Shown piece after piece: positions 12,190 to 25,293 of a stretch of DNA of 64,000 bases; the stretch's first letter is position 1; each line of letters begins with the position of its first letter. Under the pieces are notes generated by a model. It had not been told where the DNA came from and ran no database searches. It saw only the letters and a program-made list of their open reading frames with translations. This DNA is from Mobula hypostoma (taxonomy: Eukaryota). The stretch lies in assembly GCF_963921235.1 (NCBI RefSeq), contig NC_086107.1:46438001-46502000 (forward strand), read 5' to 3'. A program made the translations under genes and the position numbers.

Positions 12190-14500
12190 AATGCAAAAAC
12201 TTGAAACAGTTGATTTCTCATAGAGAAATAAGGAGGGTGAACAGTCAGAGGTCATGGTCCCTGTAGGTACCAATGACATGGGTAGGATGAGTGATGAGGT
12301 TCTGCATAGGGAGTTCAGGGAGTTAGGAGCTAAGCTAAAGGGCAGAATCTCCAGGACTGTGATCTCAGGATTTCTACCCATGCCATGCACTTCTGAGACT
12401 GGAATTAGGAATATTATATAACTTAATATGTGCTATGGAGTAGGTGTAGGAGGATGGACATAAGATTTTGGATCATTGGCTACTTCCCGGGGAAGGTGTG
12501 ACCTGTACAGAAGGAATGGTTTGCATTTGAACAGGAGATAGACTAATATCCTAGAGGAAAGGATTGCTAATGCTGCGTGGTGGGGTTTAAACTGGAGTTG
12601 CAGGGCAATGGAAATCAGAGTGCCAGAACAGATAGTGGAGAGATTCTGGAGGCAGATGTTCGTAAGACCTCAGACAAAGTCAACAATCAAAAGTTTGAGC
12701 ATGCTGCGACTAGTGTCCTGAGCACATATTTCAACACAAGAAATATCACAGGAGCCCGGAGCATGGATCATCAACTGGAATTACGACATTGCAGTCATTA
12801 GTGAAACTTGGTTGCAGGAGGGGCAGGATTGGCAACTCAGTATTCTGGGGTAGCATTGTTTTAGACGTGACAGAGTGGGAGGGATTAAAGGAGAAGTGGT
12901 GACATTATTAGTCAGGGAAGATGTCACAGCAGTGCTCCGTCAGGACAGACTGGAGTACTCGACTAGTGAGGTTTTATGACGGGAACTGAGAAATAAAGCT
13001 ATAATCAGGTTAGTGGGGCTATATTACATACAACCCAGCAGTCCTTGGGATTTAGTGGACCAAATGTCTAAAGAGATCGCAGACTGTTACAAGAAACATA
13101 AAGTTGTTATAATAGGTGACTTTAACTTTCCACATATTGACTGGGAAACCCTTACCGTAAAAGGACTGGATGGGATAATTTGTCAAATGTGTTCTGGGAA
13201 GTTTTCTTGATCAGTATGTAGAAGTCCGAATCACAGAGCATACAATACTGGATCTGCTGTTAGGGAATCAGACAAGTCAGGTCACAGAGGTTTGTGTAGG
13301 GTTTGCTTCCAGTGACTACAATGCCATTATTTTCAAAGGAAATGTGCAAAGAGACAGGGCTGGTCTGCAGGTTGAGATTCTAAACTGGAGAAAGGCCAAT
13401 TTTGATGATATCAGAAATGATCCAGCTAGTGTGGATTGGGACAGGCTGTTTTCTGGCAAAGGTGCACTTGGAAAGTGGCAGGCCTTCAAAAGCAAAATTT
13501 TGAGAGTGCAAAGCTTGTACATGGCAGTCAGAATAAAAGGTAAATATAGCAAGCGTAGGGAACCTTGGTTTTCAAGAGATATCGGTTAAGAGAAAAAGGT
13601 GCATAGCTGGTATAGGCAAGTAGGAACAAATGAGGTGCTTAAGGGAGTACAAGAAATGCAAGAAAACACTTAAGAAAGAAATCAGGAAGGCTTAAAGAAG
13701 GCATGAAGTTGCTCTAGCAGACAAGGTGACAGAGAATCCTAAGGGATTCTACAGATATGTTAAGAGCAAAAGGATTGCGAGGGACAAAATTGGTCCTCTG
13801 GAAGACTAGAATAGTAATCCAAGTGTTGAGCCAAAGCAGATGGGGGAGATCTTAAATGCATCCTTTGCATCTATTTTTACTTCAGAGATGGATACAAGGT
13901 CTATAGATGTGAGGCAAAGCAGCTTCAACTTCATGGACTCTGTACAGATTACTGAGGAGAAGGTGCTTGTTGTCATGAGGTAAATCAGGGTGGATAAATC
14001 CCCAACCTTGAAGGTGTTCCCTTGGAAGATAAGGGAGGCAAGTACAGAAATTGCTGGAGCCCCAGCAGAAATATTGAAAGCATCCTTAGTGACAGGAGAG
14101 GTACCAGAGGATTGGAGAATAGCCAATATTGTTTCACTATTTAAAAAGGCTCTAAACAGAAAACAGGAAATTATAGGCCAGTTAGTCTGACATTAGTTGT
14201 GGGAAAATTAGCAAAACGTATTCTTAGGGTCTGAACATATAAGTATTTGGATAGTCATGGACTAATAAAGGACAGTCAGCAGAGCTTTGTACGTGGTAGG
14301 TCATGTCTAACCAATCTTGTAGAGTATTTCGAGGAAGTTATCAGGAAAATGTATGAAGGTAAGGCAGTGGACGTTGTCTCCATGGACTTCAATAAGGCAT
14401 TTGACAAAGTCCCTCATGGGAGGCTGGTCAAGAAGGTTCAGTCACTCAGCATTCAGGATGAGGTAGTAAATGTGATGTGACATTGAGAAGCCAGAAAGTT
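12190..14500 (+). mobile_element. CR1-type LINE (ORF1 SGNH-esterase remnant, APE endonuclease, RT start), degenerate
   Basis: VPVGTNDMGR-type esterase motif, VIIGDFNFPHIDW, SFVRGRSCLTNLVEYFEEV..DFNKAFDKVPH. Confidence 0.9.
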
Positions 14501-14504
14501 GTAG

Positions 14505-14660
14505 TAGAGAGTTGTAGGACTTTGGCAGGCCCTGCCGAAGGGTCTCTACCTGAAATATCGACTGTACTCTTTTCCATAGATGCTGCCTGGCCTGCTGAGT
14601 TCCTCCAGCATTTTGTCTGTGTTGCTTGGATTCCCAGCATCTGCAGATTTTCTCTTCTTT
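14505..14660 (+). mobile_element. Penelope-like terminal fragment (opposite orientation to the 1337 copy) with degenerate hammerhead-like motif
   Basis: ccctgccgaagggtctctacctgaaatatcgactgtac..gatgctgcctggcctgctgagttcctccagc. Confidence 0.75.
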
Positions 14661-14989
14661 GTGACATTGTATCTAAAATAATGTTTGAGCCTCCAACAAT
14701 ACATCTGACCTACCACTAGAATGATTTCTTATAAGACTCATCAAAACTGAAAAGGAATTGAAACAAAATACAACCTTGTATGGGCAATTTCATCCACCCA
14801 CTGTAAGCCTAACATGATGGCAACCAATTCAATTGTCTATACTGGTACTGACTAGTAAGTCATTACATTATTATTACTTGTAATTCAGGCACAAAAATAG
14901 ACACCAACATTCCCAGTTAAATTATGTTTTGGTTCATATTTAAAACTGGATAACATTCTGTAACTCACCTGAATTTATAGATGAACCAG

Positions 14990-15200
14990 CAGACATAATC
15001 TCTTGTGTCAGATTGAAGAAAATACTTTAGAGCTGGGTCACACTTCCCATGATCCCTAGTGGCAAGGATTTGGCAGCTGTAGCGTCTGCAGGCAGCCATC
15101 GTTGATACAGTATATACATCGATCTCCTTTTGAACCGAAACGTGAAAAAAACAACCTAACATTTTCTAAAGAGATAAAGTTCACCAGTACTCTGACTTTT
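14990..15200. repeat. Local duplication segment Y, copy 1 (paralog of about 16355-16550)
   Basis: Shared agattgaaga..tcccatgatccctagtg..tgcaggcagccatc..atctccttttgaacc. Confidence 0.8.
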
Positions 15201-15234
15201 AGATAAACTTAAATAACTCATACTGTGTTCCCTC

Positions 15235-15612
15235 CATTGATGATGAGGTCTCTGTTGGTCAGGGTTGACCATGGATGTTACATGCTAGCTGTCTAGATGT
15301 GCAAGCCCGGGCAGTACAGTACGGAGAACAAGCCGTTGTCCATGTAGCAAGCTCGCCCTCTCCACACATCTGATGAACCTGAAGGAACTGCAGAGACTGA
15401 TACAGTTTGGCACCAGCAGCATCGCAGGAGTTGCCAGTCAGCATTGAACTCAATACAGGACTGCCTTAGGGACTCCAGCTACAGATTTTTCCCATGGGGT
15501 TTACTCCCAAAGCCTTCCTGTGAGCAGATATACTGTAGCTGCAAGACAGCAGAGGTTTGAGATCAGAGTTTTTCTTCTCCTCGATGAGTTACGAAACACA
15601 GCTGACGAGCCC
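15235..15612. mobile_element. Interspersed repeat fragment of unclear class
   Basis: Repeat-like segment (tttggcaccagcagcatcgcaggagttgccagtcagc..) between the two duplication copies; class not determined. Confidence 0.35.
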
Positions 15613-15619
15613 GAATGAA

Positions 15620-16550
15620 ATTATTAATATAGATAGTAAATATAACTAGCACACCACTATTTCACAATTTTCTATTTAGGTTTCAAAAATCAAATTATTG
15701 TGTTGGGTTCTATTTTTTTTAAACAAAGTCATTGTACATTTAGCTAATATTGTGTATATTTAGTACAAATTAAATAGTGTTAACATGATGTTTGAAAGCA
15801 ATCATTAATGGCCATGAAAACATTTAACATCTAACTATTCAAATACAATAATCAGCACTTGCTTCTTGTTCACTGCACTTGGGTGGTGAAAACATTTCCA
15901 CTGAAGAGTTATCAAGTATTATTTTAGATCTAATAAAATACCATTTAATATCTAATTGAAAGCCTTTAGTGTGCTTTATGTGTGAAATGCACATAAATAG
16001 TGTTTCAATATCCTTTAAGTTGTTCAAATTTCTTTGAGATGTCTCACTAGTCATGAAATGGGATCAAATACTTCAAGATGCAAATAACTTCAGCTCAATT
16101 GTCATTTTCTGTGTGTAATCCAACACAATTTAACATCACTATGGTGTTGACAGCTCATTTTTAATTGATAGATGTGGCAAATCTGTATTATATAACTTAT
16201 TTTTTTCATTTAAAATAAAACAAACAGCAAGCCCTGCACTCAAGTGTAAACCACACATAGCATGATATGTCCTAACAGGGAAAGAATATTTCACTCTCTG
16301 ATCAGGCCTGCCTCATTTCCCATTGCTGATGCTGAAGATGTTTCCTTCACTCTGATTCACTGCCGAGATTGAAGAGTCTACTTTGAAGCCGAGTCACGTT
16401 TCCCATGATCCCTAGTGACAACGACCTGGCACCTGCAGCGTTTGCAGGCAGCCATCATTGGATATTTACATAAATCTCCTTTTGAACCAAAATGGCCAAA
16501 GGCTAATCTAAACGTTTTTTAGAAAAAAATTTTGCCAGAACTCCAACCTT
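15620..16550. repeat. Local duplication segments X and Y, copy 2
   Basis: Homologous to 8480-9000 and 14990-15200; copy 1 is split by about 6 kb of mostly TE-derived sequence. Confidence 0.8.
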
Positions 16551-17270
16551 TAGCATTTCTGCAAATTGCGTAAATGCAGCACTTATTTAGTGTAATAAAA
16601 ATGCAGGAAATATAATTTCTGGACAGAAATTATAGTTCGGTGTTAAAACAAAGAAGTTTTAAGTTCAGATATGGACAGCACTTGATATACTAAAAGAGAG
16701 CATTTAGTATTAACTTGGCTCTATATCAAGAAATAAAATTCTCTATGTGGATATACATTACAAGTAATTATCAAAGCAAGATGTGGAAAGACTTAAAATG
16801 TTAAAATATTTAAAATTTAAATATCCTCTTGAACCAGGGTAGATAATCTCACTCATGCCAACTCTGAGCTGATTCCACACCCAATGGACACTTTCAAGGA
16901 CTATGTAACTCACAATCTCAGTGTTATTTATTTACTTATTTTTTATTTACACAGTGCATCTTTTTTGCACATTAGTTGTTTGTCAGTTTTTGATTGTGCA
17001 TACCTACTGTTTGTCTTCATTCTACTCTGAATGTCTGCAAGAAAACAATTCTCCAGGTAGTATATGATGACATATACAGTATGAACTTTTACAGTAAATT
17101 TACTTTGAACATTTTGTAGTTATTTGCAACAAATACAGAATAGCTCAATGGGGAAAAGTGTGAAAATTCAAAACCTGCACTCTGAATTAAGTGTTGATAC
17201 ATTTTATATATTGTGTGGAAAGCTTAGATTCGTATATATAATTAAATATCTTTTAAACTAGCATCTGTAG

Positions 17271-17354
17271 ATACCAGTAAGTGTGAATCAATGGAAAGAG
17301 GAGATCAAAACTGCGAACTGCTTTTGACCAGTCAGGATCCCCAACTTCCAATAG
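17271..17354 (+). CDS. Candidate cytoplasmic exon (84 nt, DTSKCESMERGDQNCELLLTSQDPQLPI)
   Basis: gcatctgtag acceptor, consensus AG|gtaagt donor, open frame, phase 1-1 compatible with the TM exon. Confidence 0.75.
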
Positions 17355-18582
17355 GTAAGTGATTGACGTGTCTGATTATATTAAAGGTAAAATGTCCATT
17401 TTTAATGTTGCACTCTGAACACACAAAATTATATATATGTGTTAAACACAGTTTAGACGTTCCCAAACTTGAAAAAAAATGCTCCTCTGATGTCAAGGTA
17501 GTAATATATTTTGTATGCACTTTCTATACGTTGTAAAGAAATACTGAACTGGGGAACATGATTCTCAAAACAATTAGAGACTGGGGTGAGCACCAGGGAT
17601 TTCAGGTCAGCTTCTCTTTTGGTTGATGAATGTTTAATCCACCTCCCTTCAAATGTCATCTCAATTAAAGACTGAAGTTTAATATTTCAGCTGGTAGCTA
17701 CACTACTTGAGATCAACAACAAGAATGTGAAACAAAGTCACTCGCATACTGAGTGATTTCATAGTCATTTAAACAGGTTTTAGCTGAAAACTCACTATCA
17801 TCAACAAACTCCATTTAAGGATCCAAATTTTCCAAGTTTACTTCAAAAATCTTAAGAATTCTGGCCATTCTGATATCCTCTGTTTATTAAATGGAAACAT
17901 AAGTGTAAATAGTGAAGCCTTTGATTCACATTTGATGAATCTAGAACTGATTTTGCTGTTCACAAATCCTCTTGCCATCTATTCATTATAAATTGTTCAT
18001 CTGAAGATTCTCAAACAGTATGGTATCAATGCACTAAAAGGCAACTTGAGAGAACAATCTCAATTTGTTCACCTATTGTACATTTAGTTTGGGTTAAGTT
18101 AGACAATAGCAGATGAGAACTTAATGTATTGCTCACAAAATTATTATCAAATTATGTTGTAAATTGTGTTTAAGGATGACTGCACAGGAAAGAAATTAAA
18201 TGCATAATACACACAAAATTCTAGGGATCTCAGCAAGTCAGGCAGTGTCTATAACTGTTGACGTTTCAATAATTTCAGATCAATTGCACATCATAAAACA
18301 AATTTATGTCATTTTCTTCACTGCATGTCTCTTGGCTCAAAATGTTGACTTTTTTTACCTCCATATATGCTCCCTGGTTTGCTGAGTTCCTCCAGCATTT
18401 TGTGTGTGCTCTGAAGGTTTATAGCATCTGCAGGATTTCATGTTGAAACAGGAATGGCAAGAACAATTAAAATGGTGGGCACTGGGAAATCCTGCTCATT
18501 GTGGCGGTCATAATGAAGGTGCCGATAAAGTGGTTCTCAGATTCTCTGAAGATGATTCCGTGAAGACGGTCTAGTCCACTAA

Positions 18583-19381
18583 TTTAGATGTTTACTTGCC
18601 AGAAGAGGGTCGCAAAACAAAACGAATGAATTTACAACCAGTCCTTGCCGATACAATCTGTTTATGGACAGAATTGTGTATGGACAGAATTGTGTATGCA
18701 GTATAAAAAATACCAGAACTCATACGGTACTAATACGGTACTGGCAATTCTGAAGGAACACAATACAAACAACATTAGAATCCCACCCACCCTGCATCTT
18801 ATACATAACAGTGAAAAAGGTAAGCGAATACATCTCATCTATGACGTACACACGAGCTGAACTTCCGAACAGAGACTAAACATTTATGTTACGCGGTTAC
18901 ATGCACAATCAGTCCTGGTACAATAAAGTTAGACAAAAGGTACACTTTGGCACAACTTTTACAAGGTATTGCCTGATAGTTAAATTACAGGAAGACTGAC
19001 CTACTTGGAGTGAGGAACTTTGCATGAGCCACGCGATCCAGCGTCGATGCCTTTACTCGTGAAAATCTAAAGCATCCACATGTAAAACATGTCAAATTAC
19101 TGATATTCTTGATTTGCCAACAAGCATAAACGAATTCACATGGATATTGTCAATTAATGCTCACCTTTCCTCACCATGCCCAGTCTCGGGGAGGAAGTCA
19201 ATTCCAACGCCCCACCAGCGTCTTCAGCAGAAAACAAAATGGTCTCCCCACTATCCTGCGCGTGCGTAATGACATCACTGTCTCCATTAAAGGCACAGAC
19301 AGCTATTCCAACATTACCCGGATGGATACCTAAGTACACTTTTAACGATACCGAAGAAGATCCGACAGTCATCCGGTTACA
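18583..19381 (-). repeat. Gypsy 3' LTR, truncated at its distal end
   Basis: On the minus strand starts TGTAAC directly after the PPT GCAGGGGAGAA (plus 19382-19393); lacks about 70 bp present in the other LTR. Confidence 0.85.
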
Positions 19382-20184
19382 TTCTCCCCTGCATTCAAGT
19401 AATCGTCCTCGATTACTCATTCACTACAAAGGTATTTTTAACCTCCTTAACTGCTTCTCTAAAGAGAACTGAACTGAGACTAGCCAGTATCTCAGACACT
19501 GCTGCTGGACTTATGGAGACCTCATCAAGGACTGACCTTGGTTCGTGATGTGGGTTAGGGTGCTGTCCAGCATTTACTTGTTTACTCCTGCAGAGTGCTG
19601 CTACAAGAGGGCTTCCGACCTCTGCCCCTGCATTAGTTGTCCTCAGCTCCCCGTCTCAGTTCCAGAAGGTGTCATATTTTCGGAAGCTATGCTGTCTAGG
19701 CAAGGGTCAAGACTCTGTGCACCCTGTTCTGACATACCTTTTATCGCAATAATACCATTTTCTGAACCCTCAGAATCTGATTCATGCCCCAGGGGTGAGC
19801 TGGCCTGGGTTACTGGAGTTTGCAGTCTCCTTCGGGTAGCTGGAGCAGGATGGTTCTCACAGGGCCTGATGTCTACCCTGTTCACCCTCTTGCTAGGCCC
19901 ACCCTCCCAAGGTTCCACAGTGTACGTGTTGCCCAGTACCTCTACCACCCTGTAGACAATTGTGTTCCAAGCATCCTGAATCTTATTACAGCCTAATGTT
20001 CTGTTCCTCAAGTAAATCAGTGCATCCACATCAACTCTGGGACAGTACACTTTGTCCTCCTGTCAGGCAATGCGTTCTGCCGCCTTCTGTTCAGAGTATT
20101 CTTTTGCTCGGGCATGTGCATCCCTCAGTCGGCTCTGGTGTACAGCTAATCAGTCATGCTTCCGGTCCACCGTTTGTTCTTGCC

Positions 20185-21060
20185 CTAGCAGAGCATCCAC
20201 GGGCAAGTGGGGATCCACCACAAACAACGGATAGTAAGGTGAATACCCGGTGGTTGCGTGAGGTGTTGCATTCTATGCGTACACCAACTCAGTAGATGTT
20301 CTGACCATCTGTGCTTCTTTTCTGGAGGCAACGTACGCAACAGATCATGCATTGCCCTGTTGAAACGCTCGCACTGTGCATTTCCAGTAGGATGATGAGT
20401 TGTGGTACGGCTTTTCTTTACCCCGTGTATTTTGCAAAGCTCAGCTATGACCTGACTTTCGAACTTACAGACCTGGTCAGAATGCAATCTCTCAGGGACA
20501 CCGTACTTCATGAACCATTCCCTCAAGAGCACCCTTGCTGTGGTATCCGCCTTTTGATCCAAAGTCGGAAATGCTTGGGTGAAGTTACTGAAAACGTCCG
20601 TGACCACTAAGACATTCTCACGCCCGTCAGTTGCCGGCTCCAACACAGTGAAATCTATAGCTACAACTTCAAGCAGCCTAGAAGCCAGAAGTGACTTCAT
20701 GGGCGAGTGAATCCTAGGCTGCGGCATCTTAGTAAGTACACAACATGGACAATTTTTGACCCACCGTGCCACATCCTCGTGTATGCCCACATAAAAACAT
20801 TGACATCTCAACAACTGCAGAGTACGTTCTATACCTTGATGGCCCATAGAGTCATGTACATTCTCTAACACTTTGTTCCTCAAGCTGTTAGGTACCAGAA
20901 GCTGGTAACACTCCCCAAGCTTCTCATCCTCAACTACCCCACACAGTAACCCTTTACGCTCCCTGATACTGTCCCAGTGCCTGAACAGAGACAAAACGGG
21001 TTTAGGCAGAGTTTTACGCTCCTGGCCACTCAGCTTTCTTTTCTGATCCCATAAGTCTCT
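20185..21060 (-). pseudogene. Gypsy integrase (zinc-binding + DDE core), frameshifted
   Basis: HHCC and DDE motifs in ORF 20185-21189; the 5' part is interrupted by the hAT MITE. Confidence 0.85.
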
Positions 21061-21065
21061 TAGGA

Positions 21066-22043
21066 CAGGGGTCCCCAACCTTTTTTGCACCGCGGACCGG
21101 TTTATTATTATTATTGACAACATTCTTGCGGACCGGCCAAACCGGGGTGGGGGGGGGTGTTGGCATGGTGGTAGGTTGCCAACGGACAAGAGTAGCCGTC
21201 AAATACATTGTGTTTACCCCGAGAAGACTACCATGACCATGCACGGGCACCAGTGTGCGCATGCGTATACGTGCCGATTTTTTTCTACAAATCGTTTTTG
21301 GTGATTCTGTACGGGGGTTGGATGTTAATCACGACCAGAATATAGGTGATAAGTCATCTATGACTAATACACTCAATTTCATTTCTAAAGGGGTTTATCT
21401 AAAGAACCTAATATGAAACACACAGTACATATTTTCCTCACATGAATATAGTGATAAGTCAATTATAAGTCACTTATAAGTCAAAAGCATCATAACATTC
21501 TAAGTAATGTTTGGATATTAAACATACAGCACAAATTTCCCCCGTATGAACATATAAAATCGTTGCAACACACCAATATCGCTGAATCAGCGGGAGCCCT
21601 GGGCTTGTTTCCCTGCAACAAGACGATTCTATTGAGGGGTGATGGGAGACAGCGATACTCGAAGGGGGTTCCTTATGTCCAGTCTATTCCACAATTTAGT
21701 TTTCGTTGCATTCATTGCAGAGATATGTTGGAAATGGAAGCAACGTTTTCAGTGCTTTCGTGGCTATCTCAGGATATTCAGCCTTGACTTTGATCCGGAA
21801 TGCCAGCAGAGATGTTATGTCAAACATACTTTTCAGCCCGCCGTCATCTGTAAGCTCGAGGAATTGATCTCTTTCCTGTGCTGACATGGATGACGCGCGG
21901 GTAATGACCTTGCGTGCATTCAAGCTCAACAGTGGGTGTGACAGGGAATGAGGAAAGGTGCTGCTGACTCATATCGCCAAATCATATCGTTTCCTTGTGG
22001 CCCGGTTGCACATGCTTTGCAGCCCGGTGGTTGGGGACCGCTG
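21066..22043. mobile_element. Non-autonomous hAT (Charlie-like) element inserted in Gypsy pol
   Basis: TIRs caggggtccccaacc / ggttggggaccgctg; perfect 8-bp TSD TCTTAGGA (21058-21065, 22044-22051); transposase C-terminal remnant KAEYPEIATKALKTLLPFPT on the minus strand. Confidence 0.92.
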
Positions 22044-23374
22044 TCTTAGGACACCTAACACAGGGTCTTGCTGCTGAAAAGTATGCAAGTCCCCATTAGA
22101 ATAACGTGGGAGGGTTGGAGTGTTCCCTTGCATTGGACCATTTACATCACTAGTACCAGCTTCCCAGGCTTGAATTTGCTTAACCCTACAGCTGTTAAGA
22201 CCAGCGATAACCAGTGCCGGGTCAAGGGCAGTGCCGCGATTGATCAAACTACAGATCGCCACAGACCCATCAATCTCGGCATCCTCTGAGATAGGCTCAG
22301 GCTCCCCTGTAAATGGCTGCCTAGAGACTGCATCAGCCACGGTATTGCTCCAACATGGACGATACTGGACATCAAAGTCAAACACTGTGTAGACAAGTTG
22401 CTTACACTGGCTGATAATGTTCATGCCAACAATACATGGGATAGGTGGTTTGGTGCTAACAGGATCCCTGACTTCTGGAAAGCCATAATTTGGTATCTTC
22501 ATGCCCATTGCCTGAACCTCTAGCTCTAGATACCCAAGCTAAGGAATATCAAGACCGTTTTTAGCTGCTAGCCTAAGCCAGCCAGCAGTGGACAACATAC
22601 CCTCAACCTCTCCATTCAAGTGTTCTCGAAAGAACTGCTCGGTCAGGGTGCTTACCTGAGTACCTGTGTCGAACAGACAACGGACAGCGACACCTCATAC
22701 TTCAAGCTCCACAAATGGACATGTCCCTATAGCGCATTGCAGCAGCTGTCACAGGGTAGCTGTACATTATCTGTATCTATGAGGTTCTGTTGAATCGCCC
22801 AACTCCCAACCTCTTGAGGGCGGGAGGATGCAGACTCCACTTCCCTTGCACCCCGCTACTGTGGGAAATTCTTGGCCAAATGCCCTTCCACCTGACACTT
22901 AAAACATATTGGTTGCCCATCTTCTGTGAACCTAGGCTGTAAGTTATGTCTGCTGCTAGTAGCGCGTGTAAAATCCCTCTGTACAGTGAGATCTTTCACT
23001 GCTTGAGTCAATTCACAAAGGGCTTTGTCCTGCTCTGCGACCACTTTAAGGACGTCATCTAGTGTGACAGACTGAGATTCCGGAGCTTTAAGAGTCGACC
23101 ACTGTGCCTGGCTACTGCTACACTTTGACTTTCCAGACTTTGTATTTCCCAGGAGCTCGTCTACGAGCCACAGACGAGCCATAGTCATTGAGGACTGAGG
23201 GTGGTCCCGCACGAATCTGTGGAGCTCCCTTCTGAGGGAAGGATCCCGGATCCCCTCTATAAACTGATCTCTTAGCACCACTCTCTTATTGGTCACGGCA
23301 TCAGGGAAGTGCTTCAGTAGCAAGTTAAGAGCTTGGGCTAGGGCATGTGAAAATTCTCTTACATCTTCACCCAT

Positions 23375-23870
23375 ATAACCATATATAACCAGGTAACAAT
23401 TACAGCATGGAAACAGGCCATCTCAGCCCTTCTCGTCCATGCCGAACTCTTACTCTCACCTAGTCCCACCGTCCTGCACTCAGCCCATAACCCTCCATTC
23501 CTTTCCTGTCCATATAGCTGTCCAATTTAACTTTAAATGACAACATTGAACCTGCCTCAACCACTTCTGCTGGAAGCTCGTTCCACACAGCTACCACTCT
23601 CTGAGTAAAGAAGTTCCCTCTCATGTTATCCCTAAACTTCTGCCCTTTAACTCTCAACTCATGTCCTCTTGTTTGAATCTCCCCCACTCTCAATGGAAAA
23701 AGCCTGTCCACATCAACTCTATCCATCCCCCTCATAATTTTAAATACCTTTATCAAGTCCCCCCTCAACCTTCTACGTTCCAAAGAATAAAGACCCAACT
23801 TATTCAACCTTTCTTTGTAAATTAGGTGATGAAACCCAGGTAACATTCTAGTAAATCTTCTCTGTACTCA
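23375..23870 (-). mobile_element. CR1-type LINE 3' fragment inserted in Gypsy gag
   Basis: ORF LYSLERRRLRGDLI..NFFTQRVVAVWNELP; near-identical to the 3' end of the 36226-37258 copy. Confidence 0.9.
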
Positions 23871-24180
23871 CCCTCACGCTGTTTGCGACTGTAGAAGCTA
23901 TGCAACAGCTGGGGTGCACCACGCTGGTCTCTAAAAGCTTCCCTGAGTTAGGTGAACAAGTCATCAGCCCGGTCTTCCCCAGCATCACTGCGCATACGTG
24001 CTTCCTCTAAGGCTGTACCCCTGAGCAGGGACGTAAAGTCATACTGATCCTGGTCAGACTGATTTCTACAATGAAGTGCACATTGTACTTCTTCAATAAA
24101 GTCATCAGCAGACCTCCCATCTTTCCCAACATCCCCCATAAATGGAACAATGTGTCTTTCCCTTGGGATGTATCCATAGA

Positions 24181-24874
24181 TTAGATTATTAGATTATGAG
24201 GACACTCAGTCCTCGTTTATTGTCATTTAGAAATGCATGGATGCATTAAGAAATGATACAATGTTCCTCCAGAGTGATATCACAAAAAAAGGATAAACCA
24301 AAGACTAACACTGACAAGACCACATACAGTAATTATAACATATAGTTACAGCAGTGCAAAGTAATACCATAATTTGATAAAGAGCAGACCATGGGAACAG
24401 TTAAAAAAAAGCCTCAAAGTTCTGATCGACTCCTGATAGTCCCCGATAGCAGGCAGCAGAAGTGAGAAACTCTCTCTGCCATAAACCTCCAGGCACCGAC
24501 ATCTGTCAATGCATTGACAGCACCGACCACAGCCAACTCTGAGTCCGTCCGGAAACTTCGAGCCTCCGACCAGCCCTTTGACACCAAGCACCGAGCACTG
24601 AGCACCATCTCTGCCGAGCGCTTCTACCCCGCCCCGGCTGCCGAGCAACAAGCAAAGCCGAGGACTCGGGTCCTTCCCCTCCGGAGACTCTAGATCACAC
24701 AGTAACAGCTGCAGCAGAAAGGCATTTCAGAAGTTTCTCCAGATGTTCCTCCGTTCTCTCACGTCTGTCTCCATCAAATCAGAATTGTGCACGGCACCCT
24801 ACTTGACAGATTACAGATATCATTCACCGGAGTGGCCGCACAGGCTGCGTCGCGCCGCCATCTTCTCCTCCTCC
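24181..24874 (-). mobile_element. LINE-derived non-autonomous insertion in Gypsy gag
   Basis: (TTAGA)-like tail at 24181, apparent TSD tccatag on both sides; removing it restores the gag frame KRSYGYIPRERHIVPF. Confidence 0.7.
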
Positions 24875-25271
24875 TCCATAGGACCTTTTGCTTAATTTAT
24901 TTATAGTTGCCACGGCTTCATCATACCCACTACGCAATTCCCTAATTTGTTCATTCAAATCAATTTCAACTGATGTGTCCTCTGAGCGTGACATAGTAAA
25001 CGTCTTTAAAGTTCTCACAAGCTTGCAAAAAGGAGTTGCAGCCATCCTTTGCTGCAAACGCGATGGCTTCACGGCCCGCAGATCCCTGGGTCCATGTCTC
25101 CGCTCTGCGTGCTGACATCAGTTGCTGACATACTGGCCAAGTCCTGAGGCTCCACCATGCTCTCTCCTTCCGCCCGACAGGAACACAGTCCTGTCTTCAC
25201 CACTACTGTATTAGGTATTGTAAATTATACTGCATACAACAATCGGAGACCTTCTAAACTGGCTTGGAATT

Positions 25272-25290
25272 AACCCCACTCCTGGTACCA
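25272..25290 (-). promoter_or_regulatory. Primer-binding site complementary to the tRNA-Leu(TAA) 3' end
   Basis: Plus strand aaccccactcctggtacca equals the 3' end of vertebrate tRNA-Leu(TAA) including CCA (from recall); lies between the LTR and gag. Confidence 0.85.
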
Positions 25291-25293
25291 AAT

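Noticed and set aside
8690-16054. Possible minus-strand gene from ORFs 8690-8920, 14965-15162 and 15839-16054
   Set aside because: The nearest plausible acceptors lead to in-frame stops, the paralogous copies do not keep a common open frame, and no domain is recognisable. One good donor (CAG|gtgagt near 14970) is not enough.
25272-25290. tRNA-Leu-like sequence
   Set aside because: Only the 3' 19 nt including CCA are present, next to an LTR. It is a primer-binding site, not a tRNA gene.
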